DNA from: Bacillota bacterium
GTDB lineage: Bacteria; Bacillota; Limnochordia; Limnochordales; DUMU01
DNA: 64,000 nucleotides
Assembly (NCBI GenBank): GCA_012839805.1
Contig: DUMU01000035.1
Coordinates: 105,296 to 169,295 of the forward strand
Direction of reading: 5' to 3'
A program made the translations under genes and the position numbers. The notes beneath the pieces were generated by a model. That model was not told where the DNA came from. It did no database searches and saw nothing but the letters and a program-made list of their open reading frames with translations. This document shows, in pieces, positions 1 to 7,613 of this stretch (its first letter is position 1; every line of letters begins with the position of its first letter).

Positions 1-1867
1 GAGGCTCCGGCGCGAAGATGTACCCGGCCACCGGGGCATCCGCGGCAAAAACCGCGCTCGCCCCGTCGATGTGGAGCAACCGGGGCAGATCAGCGGCCAG
101 GAGCGGCCGGATCGTGCCGGAGGCAAGCTGCACTTCAACGCCGCCACCGCCGCCCGCGGGTGACCAGCCACTCTCCAGATGAATGGAGCGGGTGGCCAGC
201 TCGGCGCCGTCCAGTCCGAGGAGTGCCCGGCGCTCGACATTGGCCTGGGCCAAGACCGTGTAGATTCCCGCAAAGGCAAAAAGGGTAGATAGCCCGATGA
301 GGGACGAGTAGAAGGCCTGTGCTCGTAGACCGGCTAGCACCCAGGCGGCCGGAGTGAGAGCGCCGGCGTGGCCGGCGGCCGCCGGGTAAGGGCGCTGCGG
401 TACATGCCACCAGTACCAGGCGGCAAGACCGAGACCTGCCACCGTCACGAGAGACAGGGTGACCAGAGTCCAGGTGCGGTAAGGAAGACGGCTCTCCAGT
501 CTTTCGGCCAGAACGTTTATTAGGTAGGTAGCACCCGTCATATCCGAGGGGTTCGCCGGTTCCCACAGGTTAACGCCAAACGTGGGCAGTACTACCAGCA
601 CGACCAGCCCTGAGAACGCCAGGAGGCCATATACCACCAGTATCCATTTCCAGACGCTCGTCAGATCTGCCCGGTGGCCACGCCGCTGCTGCCAGCGATG
701 TGCGAGCTCTACCAGGCCCCAACCGGCGAGGTACGGGATTCCGAAGAGCAGGGTCAAGAAGAGCAAGAGGGCCCCGCCGGGTGGCAGTGCCTTTAGCCAG
801 GCCAATCCCGGGGGCAGGGGGCCGCCGGTCTGCGAAAGCCAGCCGGCTGGCGGTGGGCTGTCCTGCGCCCCATCGCCTTCCGGCGCGGGTCCGGGAGGGA
901 GCTCGTCTCGTTGTGCTAAGGGGTGATCGATTGCGGCCCGTGGCGCAGCCGCTCCTGCGGCCGGCGTCGAACCACCGGCTCCGACCGCCAGCTCGACCAC
1001 GGGTGCGGCAAGCAGTGCCTGCAATTCGCGGCGAGCTCGGTCAAACTCAGCCGGTGGCACAAACAGCCAGTACGAAAGGGCTGAGTCTTCCCATTTCGGC
1101 ACCAAGCCCAGCGGTACGTACAAGTCCGGGCCGCCCGCTACCAGTACCTCTCCCGCCGCCGGGTTCACACCGGCGATCCGCCCGGCGACCGCTACGGCGG
1201 GGTCAACCGGGTCGAGCACGACTCCCACAATACGTATTTCACGTATTCCCGCGGCGGGGCCGGCCGTATCCTCACCGCCTGGCCGGGGCGGGCGGGCCGG
1301 CCTCTCCGGTCCGGCTGCCGGGTACGCGGGCGACCACTTGAGCTTCACCGCTTTGCCCACGGCCTCCTGGACCGAACCGATGCCCAAAGTGACCAGAGAG
1401 CGGGCGGTGATGACTCCCACCGGCTTCCCGGCTCGTGCTTCCTCGGAGGTGAAGGTGCGACCGGCGACGAGAAGATGAGCGGGCAGCATCCAGAAGGTAG
1501 CATCCACCCCGGCGACGCCCAGGGCCGAGTACTCTCCTTGGTTCCCCAGGCGAACTTGTGCCATCCTGCCCATCCATGAGGCCGCCGCCAGCGCCGGATG
1601 GAACCGGGCAGCCCACCGTTCCAGAACTCCCCGCTCGACGGACCCGCCCGTCCCAAACAGGCGCAGGGTGGAGGTGGCCGCATCGGCAACGATGTAGGAC
1701 CGCACTGGCACCTCCTCGGCTGCCTTGCACCCCGGCACGGGCGCGGCCGGCCGGGCAGCACTAAGGGCCAGCAGGAAGAGCCAGATCCAAGCGGCGAACG
1801 CCGGCCGGTCCCCGCTAACGAGTTTGGTTGCCCCGTGTTGCCTCATTGCGCTCGAGTTGCCCTCCAT
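1..1867 (-). CDS. membrane protein with MacB-like extracytoplasmic core domain (ABC-permease-like); 3' end runs off the window
   Basis: Translated by hand from the minus frame absent from the ORF track, because no stop lies inside the window. It reads MEGNSSAMRQHGATKLVSGDRPAFAAWIWLFLLALSAA (N-terminal TM). The segment GVAGVDATFWMLPAHLLVAGRTFTSEEARAGKPVGVITARSLVTLGIGSVQEAVGKAVKL...IRIVGVVLDP matches the MacB/FtsX-type periplasmic domain pattern. Several hydrophobic helices follow. The start is ATG 1867 or ATG 1846. Confidence 0.5.
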   Translation of the reverse strand, partial: MEGNSSAMRQHGATKLVSGDRPAFAAWIWLFLLALSAARPAAPVPGCKAAEEVPVRSYIVADAATSTLRLFGTGGSVERGVLERWAARFHPALAAASWMGRMAQVRLGNQGEYSALGVAGVDATFWMLPAHLLVAGRTFTSEEARAGKPVGVITARSLVTLGIGSVQEAVGKAVKLKWSPAYPAAGPERPARPPRPGGEDTAGPAAGIREIRIVGVVLDPVDPAVAVAGRIAGVNPAAGEVLVAGGPDLYVPLGLVPKWEDSALSYWLFVPPAEFDRARRELQALLAAPVVELAVGAGGSTPAAGAAAPRAAIDHPLAQRDELPPGPAPEGDGAQDSPPPAGWLSQTGGPLPPGLAWLKALPPGGALLLFLTLLFGIPYLAGWGLVELAHRWQQRRGHRADLTSVWKWILVVYGLLAFSGLVVLVVLPTFGVNLWEPANPSDMTGATYLINVLAERLESRLPYRTWTLVTLSLVTVAGLGLAAWYWWHVPQRPYPAAAGHAGALTPAAWVLAGLRAQAFYSSLIGLSTLFAFAGIYTVLAQANVERRALLGLDGAELATRSIHLESGWSPAGGGGGVEVQLASGTIRPLLAADLPRLLHIDGASAVFAADAPVAGYIFAPEP

Positions 1868-1878
1868 GGGCAGCGGGA

Positions 1879-3237
1879 CTATCCCTTAGTGCTCGCCTCA
1901 CCGCTTAGGATCTTTTCCAGCTGGGCACGCACTTCATCAAGTCTTCTAGCCACGATATCTGCCGGTGGATGACTTGCCCGGGGGCCTTGCGGAGCCCAAT
2001 CAAAAGCGGAGCGGAGCAGGCTATTCCTGGTCTGAACCAGCAAGGCCTCTTGCGGTATAAGATCGGGGAGCGCGGCATCGGGATTCTCGACCTCCTCCAC
2101 CAGGCTGAAAAGACTGGCAGGCCCCGGAACGTAGCGGACGTACAACGGCAGAATCTCGCGCAAAGCGGGGACCGTACGCGTCATGGTCATGCGCCGCATA
2201 GCCGCGTCCCGATCTAGTGCGAGGAAGGAGATCCAGCGCCATGCTTCTGATCGCCGCGGGGATGAGGCTACGAGCTGCAAAGAGGCCAGCCCGATCTTAC
2301 TACCGCTCCTGGCCTGCGGATGGCGGATCGCCGGAGGGGTGTCCGGCCCTTTGGGCAAGGGAAGCAACTCGTACTGGTCAAGAGCCATGCCACTCAGCTC
2401 CCACAGGTCCCGAGCGGTGCCTAAGCGCATGACGGCCTTCCCCTGGATGAACCACTCCTGATCCTCATTGCCGAAGGGTACGGGGTATGTGAAAGGGCGG
2501 TCGACCGCCAGGTACCAGTGGAGTACATACGAAGTAGCAAACGTAAAGACAGAACTATTGATTCGAACGGCGGAGCCCGACCGATCATACAGGTCGCCCA
2601 GCTGGTGATAGGCAATATCCAAAAAGTGCCAGTAGGCCTCGAATCCTGCCAACTCCGGAATCCGGTCATCATTTTGATGACGGGTGAGCTTTACGGCGAA
2701 GTTGCCGAGAGCATCCCATGACCACCGCGAAGAGCCGATGACCGGGGCGGTCAATCGATAGATGGCTTGTTGCAGATCGTCGCCGTGCCGGTACAGGATG
2801 ATCGTAGGGTTAACCCAGATCGGCAGACCGAAAAGGGGTTGCCCGGAACGGGTGTATTGATGGAGGATCGGGAGGAAACGGTCCAGATCTGCCTCTCGTA
2901 ACAAGGAACTCAGGTCTGCCAGGATGCCAAGCCGGGCTAAGAGTCCGGCTTGTTGGAAAGGCAAGTCGAGGACGTCCAGGGACGTGAGCGGCACCTGGGA
3001 CATGCTCGATCGGGCGACGTCGATTATCTCGATCTTGGTGCCCGGGTTTTTGGCCTCAAAGACTTCTTTGGCCCAGCTGAGATACTCAAGCCAGCCGGGC
3101 CAAGTAGAGTTGGTCGTACCGAAGCGTACGACTACCGGCGCGCTTTGGACACTGCCGTGCGTCAGGAGGGCAGTAAGTAACCAGAAGAGCACCAATGGGG
3201 CCAGCCAGCTACGGAGCACACCCGAAGTCGTTCTCAT
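1879..3237 (-). CDS. extracellular solute-binding protein (ABC, family-1-like)
   Basis: This is ORF 1879..3321. The likely start is ATG 3237 (MRTTSGVLRSWLAPLVLFWLLTALL), preceded by GAGGGGA 9 nt upstream. It has a signal/anchor helix followed by an SBP-like body (VVVRFGTT..WAKEVFEAKNPGTKIEII, LPIWVNPTIILY, LLPLPKGP). It sits directly upstream of, and on the same strand as, the permease-like gene at 1-1867. Confidence 0.6.
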   Translation of the reverse strand: MRTTSGVLRSWLAPLVLFWLLTALLTHGSVQSAPVVVRFGTTNSTWPGWLEYLSWAKEVFEAKNPGTKIEIIDVARSSMSQVPLTSLDVLDLPFQQAGLLARLGILADLSSLLREADLDRFLPILHQYTRSGQPLFGLPIWVNPTIILYRHGDDLQQAIYRLTAPVIGSSRWSWDALGNFAVKLTRHQNDDRIPELAGFEAYWHFLDIAYHQLGDLYDRSGSAVRINSSVFTFATSYVLHWYLAVDRPFTYPVPFGNEDQEWFIQGKAVMRLGTARDLWELSGMALDQYELLPLPKGPDTPPAIRHPQARSGSKIGLASLQLVASSPRRSEAWRWISFLALDRDAAMRRMTMTRTVPALREILPLYVRYVPGPASLFSLVEEVENPDAALPDLIPQEALLVQTRNSLLRSAFDWAPQGPRASHPPADIVARRLDEVRAQLEKILSGEASTKG

Positions 3238-3579
3238 GTTTTGCGTCCCCTCGCCATTCATGGTCCGTAGGTTTCCGGCCGACAGTTCGCGAGCACAGAG
3301 TTCCGAAATCATAGCCAACACAGAATCTTTTGAGGATGCCGCGATCAGTCCGGTTCGTGTTCCGGCAAAGGAGCTAGCTAATCCCTACCCAAGTAAGCTC
3401 AACTGCCAATCGGTTGAATTCAATATAGATGTAACCGAGTAGTACTTTTCAGAAGTTTAAACCCGGTCCAAGCTATTGGTAACAATCTCATGACATAGCC
3501 AACGACGTATTCTCCTGGCGGAACATCAATTTATTCGTCCCGCCAGATGGTTGTAGTCAACTGATGGGCAGTACCAAAA

Positions 3580-3741
3580 TCACATGTATCTATCTGTGTT
3601 GTTCTCGGTGCGGGGTATGTACGCGACCTGTTGCCAAACCGTTGACGTTCCCTCGACGTCCAGTGTATGTGCCGAGGACATCGGACCGAAGATGTCGATT
3701 CCGACCACGGCGAGTACGAACAGGGCTTGCCGTCATTTCAT
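3580..3741 (-). other. small signal-peptide-like ORF interrupted by an in-frame TGA at codon 3 (pseudogene, recoding or sequence error)
   Basis: AAGGAGGG (3749-3756) lies 8 nt before ATG 3741. The reading is ATG AAA TGA, then the same frame stays open: RQALFVLAVVGIDIFGPMSSAHTLDVEGTSTVWQQVAYIPRTENNTDRYM*. This frame has about 70 percent GC3, against about 43 percent for the overlapping ATG-ACG frame. The ORF is below the size cutoff of the track. Confidence 0.25.
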
Positions 3742-3954
3742 GTCGCTTCCCTCCTTGCAATTGCCAGGCTGACCGCGGTGCCCTTGTTTAGGATATGCGA
3801 CGTTTATCTGGAACGTCAACACATCTTTACCAGGTATTTATGACTGGTACCACGCTTGAGACCTGCGGCTTCACTAATTGAGCCAGGGTCGAGGTCCGGG
3901 CTTGCCATCCTGTGCTGGGTAAGGGCGGAGGACCTCGCCGTCATCCGGCTACGG

Positions 3955-5070
3955 CTAGGAGACGAAGGCCGTGGCCCGGGCAATGATCTCGTCCCGCAGC
4001 CGGCCGACCGCGCTGAAGTTCATGCTGGCCACGTAGTACTGTTCCAGCCGGTCGTGGAGAGTCTTGGCACGGGCGAGGGTAGCCAGGGCCTGGGAAAACA
4101 GCTGCTGGAAAAAGCGATGGGTGGTTTCCAGCTCGGCACTCCGGGCGGCCAGGGGAGCCCGGTCGAGCCCGGCGTCGAAGTTCAAGACCAGGTCGCCCGG
4201 CTGTTCACGATACGGGTGAACGGCGGTCGAAGTAATCACGGCTGCTTCGAGTTCGGCAATCCAGAGGTGCTCGGGGCGGGTGGGTCGCAGGGCGTCATAG
4301 AAGACATCGCAGTCGTACCCTTTCTCGAGCAGCCGGTCGAGGAGCCGTTCCACCAGAGTACTCTTGCCGGTGCCGGGCGCGCCCTGCAGGATGATCCGGC
4401 GGCGGGCGGGAGCGAAGAGATTGTCAAGAAAGCTGACAGGCCCCTTCGGAGTGACGGCGGTAGCGAAAAGACGACGAACGCGTCCCTCGCGCCGGCCACC
4501 GGGCGCCGTCCCCGAAAGAGGAGCACCGGCCGTACCAGGCTCGAGGAGCCAGTCAAGAGCTTTAGCCAGCGTCTCGCGAGCGCTGAAGAAGTCCATCGCG
4601 GAGCTATACAAGGCGGCCAGCTCTTCCCGCATCTGCCCGGCTGCTGCCAGGTAGCGGTAGGCCCGGGTGAAAACATCGCCGATTTCCTGGGTCAGGCGGA
4701 CGATCTCGGCCCGGGAGGCGGAAAGCATCCCCGCGTCCCAGAACGCCCCCAGGTTGACGATCTCCTCAACCGCCCCCGGGAACCTCGGGTCGAGGACGTG
4801 CGGCGCCGTTCCGTCGAGGACCGCCACCCCGGCCTGGCGGATGACGACGCCGTCGAGGGAATCGGGGTCTGACGAGCAATGGCAGAACTCCACGGCCAAT
4901 CCCCGGCCGACGAAAGCCTCGCCGATTCCCCGCATGAAAGTCGACTTGCCGGTGCCCGGACCACCCTTTATGAGGAAGATTCGCCGGGCGTCAAGCGGGC
5001 GCAAGGAGTCGTAGTAAGAGAAAAAGCCGCCGGGAGTGTTGTTGCCGGCGAAAAGATGCCGTACGGACAC
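3955..5070 (-). CDS. ATPase with two Walker-A P-loops (uncharacterised Firmicutes family)
   Basis: Lies within ORF 3955..5181. The best start is GTG 5070, 8 nt after AAAGGAGG (VSVRHLFAGNNTPGGFFSYYDS). There are two P-loops, GGPGTGKST and GAPGTGKST, in an internally duplicated architecture. Confidence 0.7.
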   Translation of the reverse strand: MSVRHLFAGNNTPGGFFSYYDSLRPLDARRIFLIKGGPGTGKSTFMRGIGEAFVGRGLAVEFCHCSSDPDSLDGVVIRQAGVAVLDGTAPHVLDPRFPGAVEEIVNLGAFWDAGMLSASRAEIVRLTQEIGDVFTRAYRYLAAAGQMREELAALYSSAMDFFSARETLAKALDWLLEPGTAGAPLSGTAPGGRREGRVRRLFATAVTPKGPVSFLDNLFAPARRRIILQGAPGTGKSTLVERLLDRLLEKGYDCDVFYDALRPTRPEHLWIAELEAAVITSTAVHPYREQPGDLVLNFDAGLDRAPLAARSAELETTHRFFQQLFSQALATLARAKTLHDRLEQYYVASMNFSAVGRLRDEIIARATAFVS

Positions 5071-5249
5071 GACCGAAACCTCCTTTGGACGCCGTCGGGA
5101 GACGTCCGGGTGCCTCTTGGGCCTGCCGGCCATCGATCCGGAGTTTGGCGCCGGCCGGCCGGGTATTAGGATATGGTCCAAAATGAGAGCCGGTTCCTAT
5201 CCATTTTCCCCACATGATGTTCACATGGGGAAGAAAAGTTTACATAATC

Positions 5250-5279
5250 TTGACGGAAAGGGATCAGATCAGGTATACT
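5250..5279 (+). promoter_or_regulatory. candidate sigma-A type promoter of glnR-glnA
   Basis: TTGACG (5250-5255), an 18-nt spacer, then TATACT (5274-5279). It lies 23 nt upstream of the glnR ATG, with GGGGGA as the SD in between. Confidence 0.5.
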
Positions 5280-5302
5280 GGTTAACACCTGAAAGGGGGA
5301 GC

Positions 5303-6010
5303 ATGGCAATGGCCGACGTGGATCCGGCGGTTCCCGTCTATCCCATCGGTGTGGTAGAAAAGCTGACCGGCCTTTCCGGACGACAAATCCGGTATTACGA
5401 GAAGACCGGACTCGTCATACCGGCCCGTACGAAGGGTAACCAGCGCCTCTACTCCCCCTTGGACGTGGACAAGCTCCTGCGGGTCAAGACGCTGCTGGCG
5501 GAAGGGCTCAACGTGGAAGGGGTACGCGCCATGCTGCGCAAGTCGGACCAGGAGCCGGCACGTGGCATCGCGGGGAGTTATGACCAGGCGGCAGCGACCG
5601 CCTCCGGCGGGGTGGGCGGGATGGTGGCCGCGGGCGCTACCGGCCCGAGCGGCCTGGCGAAACCCGGTAACATGGCGGGCCCGGCCGGCGCGGCCGGCGC
5701 GGCGGCTGGGGTTGCGGTAGCGACCGGGGTAGGAGGAACGACCTCTGCCGGGGCGGTGCAAATGACCGGCATCGGTACCGGTGCCGGTACCAGAGCCGAT
5801 ACGGCTCCGGGGTATTTGTCGTCGGAGCTTGCCGTATACGGAACGGGCCAGCTCGCGGAAGTTCCGTCACGGGAGGCCCTCGCGGCCGGCCGGAAGCTCT
5901 CCTCACTCTACCCGGTCACGAACCAGGCGGAGCTGCTGCGGATCTTGCAGGAGAACGAGCGCAGCGGGAAGAAGGGCCCGGCCAGGGAGGGCAAGACCGG
6001 GTCATGGTAA
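5303..6010 (+). CDS. glnR: MerR-family nitrogen regulator, GlnR/TnrA-like, with a long Ala/Gly-rich linker
   Basis: The start is ATG 5303 inside ORF 5036..6010. MAMADVDPAVPVYPIGVVEKLTGLSGRQIRYYEKTGLVIPARTKGNQRLYSPLDVDKLLRVKTLLAEGLNVEGVRAML aligns by eye with the B. subtilis GlnR HTH region. It overlaps glnA by 7 nt, the classic glnRA arrangement. Confidence 0.85.
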   Translation: MAMADVDPAVPVYPIGVVEKLTGLSGRQIRYYEKTGLVIPARTKGNQRLYSPLDVDKLLRVKTLLAEGLNVEGVRAMLRKSDQEPARGIAGSYDQAAATASGGVGGMVAAGATGPSGLAKPGNMAGPAGAAGAAAGVAVATGVGGTTSAGAVQMTGIGTGAGTRADTAPGYLSSELAVYGTGQLAEVPSREALAAGRKLSSLYPVTNQAELLRILQENERSGKKGPAREGKTGSW

Positions 6011-7332
6011 CCACTGCCAAAGATGTTCTGCAGCTGGTAGCCGAGAGGAACGTACGCTTTATCCGGTTGCAGTTCACCGACATATTGGGAGTGGTGAAGA
6101 ACGTCGCCATTCCCGTCAGTGAACTAGAGCGGGCGCTGGCCAACGAGATCATGTTCGACGGTTCTTCCATCGAGGGTTTCACCCGCATCGAAGAATCGGA
6201 CATGAACCTGCGCCCGGACCCGTCTACTTTCGCACTTTTTCCATGGCGACCGCGGGAGAACGCGGTCGCCCGCCTTATTTGCGACGTTTACCATCCGGAC
6301 GGTTCACCTTTTGCCGGTGATCCCCGCCACGTGTTGCGCCGGGCGCTGAACGAAGCGGCCACGCTTGGCTTTTCCGTGCAGATCGGCGCGGAATGTGAGT
6401 TTTTCCTCTTTCACCGTTCACCGGAAGGGAAGCCTACCACGGTGACCCACGACGAGGCGGGTTACTTCGATCTCGGGCCCGTCGACCTTGGTGAGGATGC
6501 CCGGCGCGACATCGTAATCGCGTTGGCCGAGATGGGGATACAAGTGGAAGCGTCGCATCATGAAGTAGCTCCCGGACAACACGAAATCGATCTAAAATAC
6601 AGTGACGCCCTTACTGCTGCCGACCAGGTGGTCACCTTGAAGTTCGTCGCCCGTACCATCGCCCGGCAGCATGACTTGCATGCCACTTTCATGCCTAAAC
6701 CTCTCTTTGGCGTCAACGGTTCGGGCATGCACGTGCACCTATCACTTCTCCGGGGCGGGCAGAATGCTTTCTTCGATCCTCAAGGGCCTCACGGGCTGAG
6801 CCAAGCAGCCCTGTATTTCATTGGCGGGCTGCTCGCTCACGCGCCGGCCTATACCGCGGTTACCAATCCGCTGGTGAACTCCTACAAGCGTCTGGTTCCC
6901 GGCTATGAAGCGCCGGTTCACGTCGCGTGGTCGGTGCAGAACCGCAGCACGCTGGTGCGAGTCCCGGTGCAGCGGGGAGCGGGCACGCGCCTCGAACTCC
7001 GTTCCCCGGACCCGTCCTGCAACCCGTATCTGGCGTTCGCGGTGATAATCCGGGCCGGTCTGGACGGCATTCGCCGGCGTATCGAGCCGCCGCCTCCGGT
7101 GGATCGGAATCTTTATGAGATGACCGCGGCGGAGCGGGCGAGCCTGGGTATCCGGCGCCTGCCCGCCAACCTGGCCGAAGCCCTGGCCGCCCTGGAAAAC
7201 GATCCGTTGATCGCCGAAACGTTGGGGGAGCATGTCTACACCCACTTCCTGGATGCTAAGCGGATCGAGTGGGAGATCTACAATAGCCAGGTTTCCAACT
7301 GGGAACTCGACCAATACCTGGGGACGTTCTAG
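6004..7332 (+). CDS. glnA: glutamine synthetase, type I (copy 1)
   Basis: 442 aa. Contains [40 protein letters not shown], the NGSGMHVH motif and [13 protein letters not shown]. Length and motifs are typical of GSI. Confidence 0.97.
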   Translation: MVTTAKDVLQLVAERNVRFIRLQFTDILGVVKNVAIPVSELERALANEIMFDGSSIEGFTRIEESDMNLRPDPSTFALFPWRPRENAVARLICDVYHPDGSPFAGDPRHVLRRALNEAATLGFSVQIGAECEFFLFHRSPEGKPTTVTHDEAGYFDLGPVDLGEDARRDIVIALAEMGIQVEASHHEVAPGQHEIDLKYSDALTAADQVVTLKFVARTIARQHDLHATFMPKPLFGVNGSGMHVHLSLLRGGQNAFFDPQGPHGLSQAALYFIGGLLAHAPAYTAVTNPLVNSYKRLVPGYEAPVHVAWSVQNRSTLVRVPVQRGAGTRLELRSPDPSCNPYLAFAVIIRAGLDGIRRRIEPPPPVDRNLYEMTAAERASLGIRRLPANLAEALAALENDPLIAETLGEHVYTHFLDAKRIEWEIYNSQVSNWELDQYLGTF

Positions 7333-7519
7333 CAACGCTCTAGGCTGACATACATGCCGCGAAGCTACCTGCACGGGCCTGTCCGGACGAACGAGGGGCG
7401 GGAGCAGGCCCGGCCTCTTGTTCCTTGACCCCTGGGCGGGCGGCCGGCCGGAATATTGTAACCGGGACCCGGATAGAGAAGAAGGAATCGGTCACCTTAC
7501 GTCGAATGCATCTGCAGTA

Positions 7520-7538
7520 ATTTGTCCAGTGGTCAAAT
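7520..7538. promoter_or_regulatory. 19-nt near-perfect palindrome, candidate operator upstream of the ROK regulator
   Basis: ATTTGTCCAGTGGTCAAAT has 8 of 9 symmetric pairs. It lies in an AT-richer patch about 75 nt upstream of the ROK regulator start. This resembles the AT-rich palindromic operators of NagC/XylR-type ROK repressors. Confidence 0.3.
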
Positions 7539-7613
7539 AAATCTCGCTTCTCCGCCTGGTTAGTCCTGGTAATGGTGCCGGCTGCCCGGGCGAAGAAAGG
7601 GCTTGAGCTCGCG

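Noticed and set aside
135-1764. Five listed ORFs (135..566-, 582..926+, 700..1341+, 1272..1730-, 1345..1761-, 1558..1764+)
   Set aside because: They have Arg/Pro/Gly-rich, non-protein-like translations. All of them overlap the long unlisted minus-frame gene (1-1867), whose translation is protein-like with TM helices and a MacB-type domain. They are GC-driven shadow ORFs.
3564-3791. Cys-rich small ORFs on the plus strand (75 aa MGSTKITCIYLCCSRCGVC... and 62 aa), considered as possible RiPP or bacteriocin precursors
   Set aside because: GC3 is low (about 45 percent) for this genome and there is no SD. No modification or transport genes of RiPP type are adjacent. They are antisense to the better-supported small ORF at 3580-3741.
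3856-4872. 338-aa plus-strand ORF
   Set aside because: It is antisense to the double-P-loop ATPase gene, and its translation is low-complexity with no motifs.
5036-5302. N-terminal 89 codons of the 324-aa ORF preceding the GlnR domain
   Set aside because: This part contains the candidate promoter (TTGACG-18-TATACT) and the SD. The MerR HTH starts right after ATG 5303, and the upstream translation is not protein-like.
5181-5302. Search for canonical GlnR/TnrA boxes (TGTNA-N7-TNACA) upstream of glnR-glnA and of glnA copy 2 (20445-20525)
   Set aside because: Only partial half-sites were found (TTACA at about 5241, TAACA at about 5284, and TGTCA-N18-TGACA at about 20504-20531 on the minus strand). 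None has correct spacing, so no operator is claimed.
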